64,000 nucleotides of DNA from Tubulanus polymorphus. Lineage: Eukaryota; Animalia; Nemertea. The notes beneath the pieces were generated by a model. That model searched no databases. It was not told the origin of the DNA and saw only the letters and a program-made list of their open reading frames with translations. The stretch spans positions 16,839,101 to 16,903,100 of the forward strand of contig NC_134025.1 in NCBI RefSeq assembly GCF_964204645.1, read 5' to 3'. Positions 1 to 12,334 of the stretch are shown piece by piece. The position numbers and the translations under genes were made by a program. The first letter of the stretch is position 1. Every line of letters starts with the position of its first letter.

Positions 1-555
1 ACAAGTTGAAACAAGATCACCGATAATTGGAAATTTGAATACATCATTCGGTACACAAAAACAATTTAAAGTTTTATTTGAAGATTCCATACATAATGAT
101 AAAAATAGATCGATTCCAGAAAACATTGTAAGATATCAAAATTATTTAGATAAATCACATATTAGATTAAATTATTGTATAGGCCCTAATCTATTAATTA
201 TTTCTAATGATTTAGTATTAAAGATGGGAAACATAATTGGTTATAATAATCTAATTAAAACTGCAACAATAAATAATTCATTTGGATTGAATTATATAAA
301 TAAAAAGATTATTACTGCTCCAAAATTAATGGAAGGTGTAAAAAATAAAAAACACATTCAATCAACAGAAACTAAAACTAAGAATATTAAATTAAATAAT
401 GATTCTAAAATAAAAGATTATAATACATCAGAAAATATAAAAACTGATATTATTCAACATGATATAATTAAAACTGATAATGATAATAAATCCCATGAAA
501 ATACTAAACTTGTATAGGAATTGTAATCGGAGCAATATTATATTTTAAATTTTAA
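1..555 (+). pseudogene. 3' part of conserved hypothetical protein (homologue of 42073-43458); frameshift removes the C-terminal TM helix
   Basis: Near-identical to the 461-aa ORF; ~10-nt deletion near 508 relative to copy B. Confidence 0.85.
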
Positions 556-571
556 TTTTTTTATTATATAA

Positions 572-2007
572 ATGGATGTAGGTGGAGAAGATATTGGAAT
601 GGATAATTTTGCTGAACCTGGCATAACTGATGAACAACCACCTGATTTTGATGAAACAAGTTTTAATGATGGTAATGAGCCAGAATATAATAATAATTTG
701 AATATGCCTGATTATATTAATAATGCAGAATCACAATTAAATCCTGAAAATTTAGACCCAGATTTAGTAAAACAAGATTTAGATAATTTAAACAAAATAC
801 CTAAATTAGAAGATTTAATTGAAAAATCTAAACTTAACATAAATGATGAAGACGTTGGACTTTTAGCAGATCAATTAAAATTTTTAGATAATGGTAAATG
901 TTATTATCGTTTGAAAGGTGATTATTATATTGATATCACTTATAAAAATAATAAAATAAAATATTATCAGATTCAACTTTAGAAAAATTAAAACCAGATA
1001 GAATTAAAATAATAAGTAATAGTAATGAAATAACTGATGTTACACAAAAAGAAATAGATGATAATATAGACGTATTTAAACAAAGAATTAATGAATTATT
1101 TGAAATAATCAAAAAGAAATCAGAAACAGAAACAACTTCTGAACAGAATATAACTTCCAAAAATAGTAAACTTAAATCAAATAAAGTTCCAATTGAAAAA
1201 CTTTTACCGAATGGATTACTTGATGCAACAGATCAAGAATTAGAAGATTTAGATATATTTTCTGATAAAGCAATTAGAGAAATTATTAGTATAAGACTTG
1301 CATCTGATAAAATTGCACATAATAAAAGTATAAGAGATCAAAAAATTATGTATTTGGAAAAAGAATTAACTGATAAAAATAAAGAAATAGAACAATTAAA
1401 ATTAGACAGAGATAATAAAGTTATTGAAGAAATCGAATTTAAAAAAAGAAATGCATATTTAGAAAAAGGAATTAATAATTTAAAGGATAATTTAGAAGTA
1501 CAAAAAGAAGAAATTAAATTATTATTAAAATCATATGATTATAATATAAAAAGATTAAAAGTTATTTTTAAAGATTTATTGATAAAACCAAATTCTGAAA
1601 TATCAATGAAAGATAGAATAAAGTTATTATTTAAATTAGAAGGAATAACAATTCTTTCAATTCTAACAGCTGTAACTATGTTATTTACAACAATTGGTTT
1701 AGCTATATCAAATGCTTTAAAATCTACACCTACTCCCAATAAACCGGATAAACCCCCGAATGATAATAATTCTATACAAGATAAAGTTAAGGATGGTTTA
1801 AAGAAATTAGCAAAATATTTATGGGAACTATCTAAAAAATCTGCTGCAGCATTGCCAGGAGTTATTGCATCAATTGTTGGTTTTATATTGAAATCTGCTG
1901 GGAATATTCTTAACTTTGCTGCTGAACATATTATTTTATTTTTAATTACAGTTGTAAGTGCTATTATTTTTGGGTTAGTAAATATGATATCAAAAAGATA
2001 TCAATAA
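572..2007 (+). pseudogene. Acidic/coiled-coil membrane protein (homologue of 43475-44875), frameshifted near 960
   Basis: ORFs 572-982 and 1348-2007 align to the N- and C-terminal parts of the 466-aa ORF; the DNA between them matches copy B. Confidence 0.85.
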
Positions 2008-2049
2008 AAAAATAATAAAAAATAAATAATTAATTTTTTTGTTTAATAA

Positions 2050-3305
2050 ATGAGTGGGAGTTATATAAGTCCTTCCCTAAGTATAAGATTTCTAGAATAT
2101 CTAATGCTATTAAAGCAGAAAGATCACATCATATAATTACTAATAACCCTTCAAATATTAATCCCGATGAAACTTTATATGTTAGAATTCGTAGATTAAC
2201 ACAAAATACTTTTTATGTTCCAAATAGTATTTATTTATCAGCCGATATAAAAGTAACTGGCCATGATAACAATTATGTTGTTGATAATGTTGGAAGATAA
2301 TTGATTAAAAAATTAACTATAAAGATTGGTCCGGAAACAGTTTTCTCATTAGATGATTATAATTTATTTATGCATTATAAAGATTTATGGTTAACTAAAG
2401 AAAATAGAAATAATATGATATTTCAGGGTATTCAATCGGAAAACCATAATAAATTAAGATCAGGAGCTAATGACGCAATAGTAACTCGTGCCACAGATAA
2501 TTTGATTAAAAAGATTTATGGAAGCAAATATAAAATTCCATTAGACTTTGAATTGATAAATAATAATGCACCTTTATATAAATACGCAATTCAAGAAGAT
2601 ATTATATTTGAGATAACATTTGCTCCTGTAAATGAAATTGTATTATCTAGCGTTGTTAAAGATATGGGTTATAAATTATCGAATATATGTTTAGAATATG
2701 ACACAGTAACTAATGAAAATATTGCTAGCACAATTCAAACTCAATACAATCAAGGATTTGCATTATTATATGATTACATTGATAAATTTAAAACTGTAAC
2801 TATTAATGCAAATGATGAAATAATTAATGAGAATATTAACTTCCCAAGAAGATCTATTAAAGGTATATTAATATTTTTTACCATTGCAACATATTCTAAT
2901 GGTGAAATAAATGTTGATAATTATTATAATCCTGAAATAACAAAAGTACAAATAACTATCGAAGGAATAGCAAATAAAATATTTTGTCAAGGAATGAGAA
3001 TGATTGATCAGTGGCCAGAAATTAGAAAACATTTTATGAATGAAAAAGTAAAATCATTTGAAAATTGTAATATTAATCAAATTGATTATTATACCGGCAA
3101 TAAATATGCATTATGGTTAGATTTTAGAACAACAGAGGATAATTCATTACATGGTTCTGGAAAAAAACTACAGAACACTAAAGATGGAATACAATTATTC
3201 ATGACAAAGAATAAAGGAATCAAAAATTTTAAAATGCACATTTATATTATATCTGACGCGCAATTAAATATTGTAAATTCACAATTAGATAGTATTCAAT
3301 ATTAG
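2050..3305 (+). pseudogene. Major capsid protein (double jelly-roll), disrupted
   Basis: Near-identical to 44980-46227; indel at ~2070-2095 and TAA at 2298-2300; the 334-aa ORF is the C-terminal remainder. Confidence 0.8.
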
Positions 3306-3335
3306 AAATATTAAGTTAAAATTAAGGATATATAA

Positions 3336-4463
3336 ATGGGTGGTAAAAAAACTCCTAATACTAAAAGACAATATTTAAGAAATTTATATTACAACCCTGA
3401 GAGTTCGGTTGCTTGTTCTTCTACTAAAAATATATGGCGTCAAGTAAAACAAGATAAATTAGATAAGATCATACCACAAAATTTAGTTAAATATAAAGAT
3501 ATAAATGAATTTATGTTAGAACAACCAACATATACAACACATAAAAAAATTGTTAGAAAATATAAAACTCGTAAAACTATGGTAAGTTATGTAGATCAAC
3601 AGTGGCAAGGAGATTTAATTGATATGAAAAATGTTAAGAAAGATAATGATGATTATTGGTGGTTATTGAATATAATTGATATTTTTAGTCGTTATGTATG
3701 GAGCTTCCCACTTTATAGAAAAGATGCTGTACAAACATCAAATGTTTTAAGAAAATTTCTTTCGGATGATAAACTAAAACCAGAAAAAATACAATTTGAT
3801 GATGGAAAAGAGTTTGATAATTCACTTGTTCATGAACTCTTAGATAATCATAATATTAAATATTTTTCAACAAAATCAGATAAAAAAGCAGCAGTTGTTG
3901 AACGATTTAATAGAACATTAAGAACGAGAATGTGGAAATGTTTTACAGCAAATAATACTTTTAAATGGATTGATGTTTTACCAAAATTGATAGAAGGATA
4001 TAATAATTCTTATCATTCTTCTATTGGAATGAAACCTATTGATGCTAGAAAACCTGAAAATGCTGAAATTGTTTGGAATAATTTATATGGAGCATTTCTT
4101 GTAGATGATTTTGGTGAACCTAAATTTAAAGTTGGTCAAAATGTTAGAATTTCTAAGTATAAAAAGATATTTGATAAAGGATACGATCGAAATTTTACTA
4201 GAGAAATATATAAAATAAAAAAGGTAATAACAACAAAACCATATGTCTATAAATTAGAAGATTTAGATGGTGAAGAAGTTGATGGCTACTTTTACGAAGA
4301 AGAATTAAGTTTAACTACTGAAAATCTAAAACAAGAATATAAAATTGAAAAAGTATTAAAAACAAAAACTATTAAAAGAAAAAAATATTCTTTAGTAAAA
4401 TGGGTTGGATGGCCGGATAAATTCAATGAATGGATATTATCAAGTAAAATTAAAAATATATAA
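3336..4463 (+). CDS. int: Retroviral-like (rve) DDE integrase with C-terminal chromodomain
   Basis: QWQGDLIDM, IQFDDGKEF, AAVVERFNRTLR catalytic motifs; YKIEKVLK...YSLVKWVGWPDKFNEWI chromodomain; open frame. Confidence 0.95.
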   Translation: MGGKKTPNTKRQYLRNLYYNPESSVACSSTKNIWRQVKQDKLDKIIPQNLVKYKDINEFMLEQPTYTTHKKIVRKYKTRKTMVSYVDQQWQGDLIDMKNVKKDNDDYWWLLNIIDIFSRYVWSFPLYRKDAVQTSNVLRKFLSDDKLKPEKIQFDDGKEFDNSLVHELLDNHNIKYFSTKSDKKAAVVERFNRTLRTRMWKCFTANNTFKWIDVLPKLIEGYNNSYHSSIGMKPIDARKPENAEIVWNNLYGAFLVDDFGEPKFKVGQNVRISKYKKIFDKGYDRNFTREIYKIKKVITTKPYVYKLEDLDGEEVDGYFYEEELSLTTENLKQEYKIEKVLKTKTIKRKKYSLVKWVGWPDKFNEWILSSKIKNI

Positions 4464-5072
4464 ATGAATAAGGAATTATTCATATTTGAGCCTCATATTA
4501 TGTTAATTTCTGGTGTAACAAATTGTGGAAAAACTTATTTTATATTAAATTTATTAGAAACTGTTTATGAAAACTATTTTGATAATATAGTATTATTTTG
4601 TCCAACATATGAATTTAATCAAACTTATGATAGAAATATTACTAGGAATAATAAATTTATTATATTAGATCCTAAAACAGTAAAAGAAAATTTAGATAAT
4701 TGTATTAAAATAGCAATTGATATTTATAAAGGATCAAATACATTATTCATTATAGATGATTGTGCTAATCTACATGATTCAAAAGTTAGAGAAAGTGAGT
4801 TATGCTATTTAGCTTTCTCTGGGAGACATTTTGGGATAACAACTTGGGTTTTAAATCAAAAATATAATTCAATTGTTAAAGACTTTAGAGAAGACTTTAG
4901 ATTTCTAGTTTTATTCTACAATAAAGATAGAAAATCGATGAAAAATGCACTTGAGGAAAATGATATTATTCCACATGATTTACATAATGAATATATGGAT
5001 AAGTTGAAAAACATTAAAAGATCAAAATCACTATTTAGATTACAACACCCATTTAAATATGAATTTATTTAA
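4464..5072 (+). CDS. FtsK/A32-like genome-packaging ATPase
   Basis: Walker A GVTNCGKT, Walker B FIIDD, GRH arginine finger, LNQKY motif. Confidence 0.93.
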   Translation: MNKELFIFEPHIMLISGVTNCGKTYFILNLLETVYENYFDNIVLFCPTYEFNQTYDRNITRNNKFIILDPKTVKENLDNCIKIAIDIYKGSNTLFIIDDCANLHDSKVRESELCYLAFSGRHFGITTWVLNQKYNSIVKDFREDFRFLVLFYNKDRKSMKNALEENDIIPHDLHNEYMDKLKNIKRSKSLFRLQHPFKYEFI

Positions 5073-5077
5073 ATTCA

Positions 5078-5325
5078 ATTAGTTTGTTAATCTAGTTGAA
5101 TTCTAGTTATTGGTATTTGTAACAAAAATCAAATAGATTTAACAATATTTTAACTAGCTTGTTAATCTAGTTTAATTCTAGTTACATTCTAGTTGAATTC
5201 TAGTTGTTAGTAGTTGAAACAAAAATCAACTAGATTTAACTAGAAATAAACAAAAACAACAATATTTCAACTAGCTTGTTAATCTAGTTGAATTCTAGTT
5301 ACATTCTAGTTAAATTCTAGTTGCA
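5078..5325. repeat. CTAG-rich degenerate tandem repeats upstream of the 201-aa gene
   Basis: Many copies of TCTAGTT/AACTAG; repeated block aatattt.aactagcttgttaatctagtt. Confidence 0.8.
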
Positions 5326-5356
5326 ACATCACACAATTAATTTTTTAGTTATATAA

Positions 5357-5962
5357 ATGGGAGGTGAAAAGAAAATAAAATCTAAAAATGGTGATGTTCC
5401 AATTGAAAAAACTTTAGATGATTTAGGAATAACTGAAACAAAATTAACTCCAGATGATGGTGCTTTAAATAATGTTACAACAAATAATAATTATGAATAT
5501 TATCTTTATTGTAAACATCAATTAGAAATATTAATAGCATCTGGAAAATGTAAAAATTTTGTCGGTAAAAATTTAACTTATAATGAATTAGATAGAGTGA
5601 AATCAGATGAAATTATTAGATTATTTAAGATTTATGAAGCCGCGAGAACAGCTAGAATTAATGATGCGATATCAGAAAATGTAGTAAAAGGTTATAGTAA
5701 ATTATGTAATTATATACTACCAATTGAAGATGAAAATAGATTATATTCCGATTTAAAAAATGATTATTTAGTTATGACTGAATTAAATAAATGGATTGGA
5801 TATTTATCATTTCAATTAGGTGGATTTATGACATTATTATCAACTGGAGTTATAACATTTTCAAATATTGAAAGTAAAAATATTTCTATAATAAATGAGC
5901 GAGGTGGAAGAAGTGAAGGAATTAACTGTGAAGAAAAAACCGAGATCACAGAAACAAATTGA
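5357..5962 (+). CDS. Conserved Polinton hypothetical protein with hydrophobic C-terminal segment (homologue of 49372-49941)
   Basis: Shared YEYYLYCKH, LYSDLKNDYLVMTEL, STGVITFSNI. Confidence 0.85.
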   Translation: MGGEKKIKSKNGDVPIEKTLDDLGITETKLTPDDGALNNVTTNNNYEYYLYCKHQLEILIASGKCKNFVGKNLTYNELDRVKSDEIIRLFKIYEAARTARINDAISENVVKGYSKLCNYILPIEDENRLYSDLKNDYLVMTELNKWIGYLSFQLGGFMTLLSTGVITFSNIESKNISIINERGGRSEGINCEEKTEITETN

Positions 5963-6251
5963 ATGGTCTCGGCAATTAGGAATTAAATCACAAGAATATA
6001 AAAAAGCAGTAAAAGAAAAAATAAGTAATAAAAATGGTGAAAATATTGTTATTTCTACTCCTTCTAATAATAGAATATTTGATAAATGTCTATATTTTAC
6101 AGTTGGATTTGTAATTGTATTCATTTTGATTGGGTGTAATTGGTATGAGAAATCAAATAAAATTCATGATATTAATAATTCTGAAACAACTGCTATCAAA
6201 AATGAAAATACTTCTGAAATGCCAAAATTGATAATTAAAAAAATGGATTAA
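5895..6251 (+). CDS. Small basic protein with one TM helix (homologue of 48978-49346)
   Basis: KKKPRSQKQIEWSRQLG vs KKKARSEKQIKWARELG; LYFTVGFVIVFILIG. Confidence 0.8.
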   Translation: MSEVEEVKELTVKKKPRSQKQIEWSRQLGIKSQEYKKAVKEKISNKNGENIVISTPSNNRIFDKCLYFTVGFVIVFILIGCNWYEKSNKIHDINNSETTAIKNENTSEMPKLIIKKMD

Positions 6252-7376
6252 TATTTTAGAAAAGCAAAAAAAAAAATTTTTTTTAATTAATTGAATATTA
6301 ATTGAATATCTCACTACTTTTGTCTATCTATGCGGAGCAATTAAATTGTCCAGATAAGTCATTTCGGATTCTAGATATTCATTATTTTTATTAATTTATT
6401 TTGTTTTTACTTGAATATTGTATTACAGTCGTTTCTTATTATTAGTTTTTTCTTAAATTGAAAGATGGCAGCACTGGGTGTGATGCTAAAATGAATATTT
6501 GAATTTGAATTTGTTTATCAATTAACATAGTAATTGATTACTAATTTGATTAAAAATTATATCATAATTAAGTTAAAAATCCATAATTCATTTATCAGTT
6601 TTCATTCTTACATTCTTTTCATTCGGAATAATTTATAATTTCAAATTTCACATATTTTTTTAACACCAGCAACATTTACTTAGGTGTTTTAGCTAAGTAT
6701 ATAAGGCAATTCATTCAACCACTGGAGTGCCGCTGGGCTTGGCTTGCAGGGGCATTTCGAAAATGCACCTTTGTCCACCCTCCGTGGTTCTCCTTCAGTT
6801 TCGACTTTCGATCGTCCTTTCGGGGGTAAGGGGTTGATAGGAAATGCATTAGGCGCCTTTAATATAATGTGTTTCCTGTCAACCATTGAAGGAGAATTGG
6901 TGAGGTGTGGGTCACAGGGGTGTAATTAGAAATGCTTGGGGATAGGTATCTCGAGGCGCCTCTCAATAACGGGATGCTTATCCCCTAAAAACTCTGCGAG
7001 TCAAGTCGGGTGGTTTTGCTAAAACTTACCGTAAAAACATTGAAATATTCCTTTTAATCACGAGAGAATGATGACTATCCTTCGTCACGGCCGAGCTAAT
7101 TTAAATAAACCTCGCTTTCAGCAACCAATGAAAACGTGGTGATTCAATGCCGGCTAACTGGCCTGTGTGTGTTGTATGTACTGCGTGCTTATTATATAAC
7201 TGCTAGCTATCCAATATAACAACAACGTTGTGCAACACCTGTTTGATTGATCAATATTCAAATGAAGCACTCTCTTATAATAACATGTAACAGATGTTTG
7301 ACTGTATGATTGTAGTTGTTTATAAAACGACTAAGGTCATTTTGGATTCTAGATATTCATTATTTTTATTTTTTAT

Positions 7377-7704
7377 TTAATCAACAATTTCTAAATCATG
7401 ATGACCGTCTTCATTTTTCCCATGATATATTATTTTAAATCCTACTAAATCTTTCAATTCCTCTGTACTCAATGAAACCCATTTATCGGGTAAAAACACT
7501 TTAAATTCTCGTGATGTACTAACATTACAGTAGCTTAAATTAGCTGATACTTTCTCTCCATATTTAGTTTTTATCTTTTCTAATTTCAATATCTTCATGT
7601 TCAATTTCTTTTGTAACATCAACTAACTTTTTTATTTCAAATTGTTTTTTTGTTGGTTCAATTCTGTTATTTATTGTTGCTAAGAATGCTTTTCTATCTC
7701 CCAT
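7377..7704 (-). pseudogene. Frameshifted homologue of the small protein at 39423-39776
   Basis: KYGEK..FKVFLPD..LSTEELKDL..YHGKNEDGHHDLEI matches NYGDK..FRTYLPD..LSSEDLEEL..YKGKNEKGHHEIDF; upstream TAAATG start (MGDRKAFL) at 7704 in another frame. Confidence 0.75.
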
Positions 7705-8719
7705 TTATTAGGAAAAAAAATTACTTGTGGTGATGAGTGGTGTCTAGTACTCTAGTACTCTGATCTGAAACCCACATCTTCCTATTACTCAATTTCATAA
7801 ATTATCAGTAATTTTTGAAGTTTTTCAGTAACAAGCATACAATACTAAAACACCGTTATACTATATAAATCATTTTATTAATCAACGAAAAAACAAATTG
7901 TGATTGTCAGAACAATTAATACTGTAATAATTGATTTGTCTTTTCGTCTCCAAATGACGCTGTATGTCAGTTATACCGCCTTGCGCTATGTTAATATCAA
8001 CTCCACAGTCCCTACAAAACGAGTGTTTCGAGCTCTCCTAGGCCTTCATGCAGGGGAATTTAACAGTGTAACTACTCCGAAACGTTTGCGTACCGGTCAG
8101 CCTCTTTCTTTTATTTGCTGGTTCATTGTTATTAGGGTCTTCATCGCTTAAATCCATCAAACCATCGCCGAATTCGTCACAACTTCTGTCGGCAGCCGCC
8201 ATTATAAGTCAACCTAATTACAGCCGAGAGCCGATGCGAATGGTTGGCGAAAGGATATCTTGTTTGCAAATCTTTTATAATTTAATTTGTTTATAATCGA
8301 CCAAATAAATAAAGCAGAATTGTGAATTGATAGACGAATAAAATAACTTCAGTCGGGTTATTGCAAAAAATTCCGCGCTTGCAAGCAACGTGGATATATG
8401 TTACGGCAGATGCGCTGTTGTGTTGTACTGTATAGTAAGGCACTTGCACAGTGTATAGGTTGCCACGGTGACAGCCGGCGCCAGGCGCGTGTATGTCAGC
8501 TCACACCAGCGGTCTGTGTACACTAACTGCTCGCGTGGCGTGCCGATAATCAAATCATCTTTCGTCATTTTTAAAGAATATCATAACGACGCTAGAATTT
8601 TCCGTAGAACGTAATAAAAATAAACTAAAATCGTAATTTTGAACACCCAATCGTAACATCGTAATTTGTAATGTCAATCCGTAACGATTACGGGAAAATC
8701 GTAACAGTTGGCAGGTCTG

Positions 8720-9995
8720 CACCAAGATGGCCACCAATTGTGTCATAATCGGCTGATCAAGAATACCTGTCTCAGGTATAAAACATCCCTTTCCAAAGAA
8801 TACCCATCACAAATTGCTATGAGAAATGGCAAACCAGTATGAAGCTACAGGACCCAGAATTTCGGCCAAAATTGACATTTTTGCACACTAAAAAGGTCAT
8901 AGGACGGCCAACTTGAGCCCGATCGACCCAATTTTTCTTAAGCTGATGGGTCCTTTAGGGGTTCAAATATATACAAACCATCAAGGTAATTGATCAAAAC
9001 GTCTCCAAAATTTCCCTCAAAAAATTCAACAAGAGCCCCAAGGGGCACAATGGCCAGCCTGTCAGATTTGCTTTTTATAAATGATGTAATCTGTTGGTTA
9101 TATTTATCAATATACACTCCCTGCTCAATATCATTTACATAGTAAAATCGTGTGTTAACACAGACAGCAGGAACGAATGTAATATAGAAATACGAAGTTA
9201 TTGTATTGTTCAACGCGCCCTGGTGGCCATATACAAAAACCAATGAGCTTGAAACTCACCAAGATCATAGACCATGTCATGAGCTACAACTTTCCAATTG
9301 ATTGTGGTAGCAAAATATGCATAGGTACGAATGTAATATAGAAGTACTAAGTTATTGTATTGTTCAACGCCCCCTGGTGGCCATAAACAAAAACCAATGA
9401 GCTTGAAACTCACCTCGATCATAGAACGTCATGAGCTACAACTTTCCAATTGATTATAGTAGCAAAATATGCTTAAGTATCAATTATGATGTGGAAAAAC
9501 TTTTTTCCACCTACGAATGAGTACTGATGACTCCAAGATGGCCGCCAAGTGCGTCGTAATTGCCTGGTCAAAAATACCCTCTCGGATATAAAAGATCCCT
9601 TTCCAAAGAATACCCATTACAAATTGCAATGAAACATGGCACACCATTAGAAAGCTACAGTACTCAGAATTCAGGCCAAAATTGACATTTTTGGGAATAA
9701 AAAAGGTCACAGTACAGCCATCTTGAGTCCAATCGACCCAATTTTTCTCATGCCGATGGGCCCACGGGGGAAACAAATATATACGAATTATCAAGGTTAT
9801 TGATAAAAGTGTCTTCAAAATTTCCCTCGAAAACTTCAAAAATGTGTAAAAAGTGCTGATTTTGGCGAACAACAATGGCTGCCAGTCGGCCATCTTGAAT
9901 CTGACAGGGCCAGTTTTTGGCCTGAAGATGTGTCTAGGGTAGATACACGTATAAACCAAATATCAAGACATTACCTTGAAGCCTCTTCAAAACTT
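8720..9995 (+). mobile_element. Helentron-associated (HINE/DINE-like) element fragments with internal tandem repeats
   Basis: High similarity to 17950-19057, including the ~155-bp ttcaacgccccctggtggccat units. Confidence 0.6.
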
Positions 9996-11418
9996 TGGAA
10001 CTCTCACGAACTATCTAGATGGTTATCTCTCGACCTCAATAGCTTCAAGACCCATCTCAAAACAACTTTGTTCCATGCAGCATACCATTAACTCTCGGAA
10101 AGCGAATTGTATTTAACATTTCTTTGGCAGAATAAAATTTGATTGAATTTGCAATATGGGCACATGGGTAATTAGCATATCAAGGTCATACACCCGATTT
10201 GGTAAAACCATTTTTTTCGCGAACCTTGCGCAATTGTCAAGGATGAATTTTCTGTAGAGCAAATAAAAATTCCTCCCAAACACCAAATCAACTAAAGATT
10301 TCATAGAAATCGATCTTGAAATACAATTTTAAATCTTAAAATAAAACCCGGAAGTAAAACAGTAGACGATACCGCGGGTTCACGTGAACACCTGATTTCT
10401 GTAAACGAAATGTTGGTTGTGACAAAATTGTTCAGACGGTTTTAGGTGGTAATAAGTACGGAAACGTAACGACCATGGTCGACTTATTCGATGAAATCAG
10501 GCCTATGTGATATCCAAATTTTGACTTTTTTATTCTCCAGACCTCCCTGATATAGAAATAAAAAATTTTGGTGGTACGAAAGTGCAATCACAGCGCTGAC
10601 GGGGACAGAGCCGTGTCAGAGATCGGCGGAATGAAAATTGAGGTGGACGAACACGAAGAAGTAGGCTATTGCGCTACTTGAATCACGAAAACTCCTGGCG
10701 CGGCCCAGACGCTTTTCGTGGATTAAGTAATACAAATATCATGCAATGGGTTTTCACAATCTACCGCTGGTATTTACCGGATTTCAATATCACTCCAAAA
10801 TTCAAAGAAACCTCGAAATATCGAACCGGAACACTTCCGGTAGATATCCGCGGCTGCCCAACCGGGAAACTTATTTGTTTCAATAGATATTGATAGGATC
10901 CATCATCTTCACGCGTCAAGGGATTCGAACCCACTAAGCTAAAGCCATGCCAGAATCGGGTCGGGCCAATCACAGCGCTTGTAACAAACCACATTAGGCT
11001 TCTGTGGAATTTCCCAGTAAATGGGCCAATCAGCGAACACGTAGCGAACGCGCAAGTATTGTCGCGTGTTGATACATGACGTCATGCGCAAAAGCGCCAG
11101 TAATGAAATCGCGATAATTCACGTGAACAGCTGCTGATATTTTCAGATAAACCAATCACAGGGAAGACACAACTTCCTGATTGGCTGATAAAAATTGAAA
11201 TTTTCCCGATTTAACTTTCGTGAAAAATGCAGAAAACATTTTTATGAGACCCTATTTCAAAATTCTGCTCGCTACGATTCCGAGAATGGATTACGCTTAA
11301 ATACGTGATTTGTTCGAATATGCCCTCACTTGACAAGCAAAAGAGCCTTTTGTGTGGAAACCATGTCATTTAAATTCGCTCCATTTGTATAGTAATAGGC
11401 TCAGCCTACGGCTGGCCT

Positions 11419-11673
11419 AAAAATGTGTAAAAAGTGCTGATTTTGGTGATCAACAATGGCTGCCAGTTGGCCATCATGATTCTGTCAGGGCCAGTCTTTG
11501 GGCTGAAGATGTCTCTAGGGTAGATACATGTGTAACCCAAATATCGAGACATTACATTGAAGCGTCTTCAAAACTTTCCAAAATAACTGGATTCCGTCTA
11601 CGGACGGACGGAAGAATGGAGGAAAAGTGAACGCAATAGCCTGCTGGGACTTAAGTCCCATATGGGCTAAAAA
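11419..11673 (+). mobile_element. 3' end of the same Helentron-type element
   Basis: Matches 18813-19057; (ACGG)n microsatellite, GGGACTTAAGTCCC hairpin, gggctaaaaa end. Confidence 0.65.
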
Positions 11674-12334
11674 CAAACCAGGAAGTGTTTTAATTGATCA
11701 GCTGGCAGCCGGTGTGGAGCCGGAAGTGACCCGGATGTTAAGAATTTTGAGCACCTCGCCAACTTTAGGTCAAAATCCGCAAAAGACTACTAAATCAATC
11801 ATAAAAGTAATTACAGAAAATGATTATAAAGTATTCAATTTTAAAACGTATGGGTGTAATTTTTGTCAAATATTGTAATTTTCGCATATTGAAGCTTTGA
11901 AATACGTTCATCGCTTGAAAATAGCAAAAACACGGCCGGGCAAAAAAGTACGCACCACTACGTCATAGCCGAGAAATGTTTTCAAAATGTTCCGAGGTCA
12001 AATAATCAGCCAATCAACACAACCTCGCGGATTTGACCTAAAAAATTGCATGTAGTTTTCACGTGATTGAAAAATGCAGGTTCAAACATGGCCGCCATTT
12101 TGTTTCCTAGAAATCCAGCGATGCGCGCTGAACTACGATTTATTTCTCTGTAACTATGAAAGATACACTCATGAAATTTACACAACAAACAACCGGTAAA
12201 TTGAGCATACTGAGCAAGTTTGGTTTCAATCGGATATAAAATGCGTTTTTTGTGAGTGAATACAAATTTGAAGCGAAGGAAAACGCTAATTATGACACAT
12301 ATTGATCATGTGACCTGATATCCCTACCTCTGTG

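Larger units (their letters stand above)
1..7789 (+). mobile_element. Polinton/Maverick-like element copy A (left part outside the window, decayed)
   Basis: MCP, integrase and ATPase genes; structural genes nearly identical to copy B; ends in TGAAACCCACATCTTCCTATTACT (7766-7789), resembling the copy B end TGAAAGCCCATTACCCCTATTACT. Confidence 0.85.
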
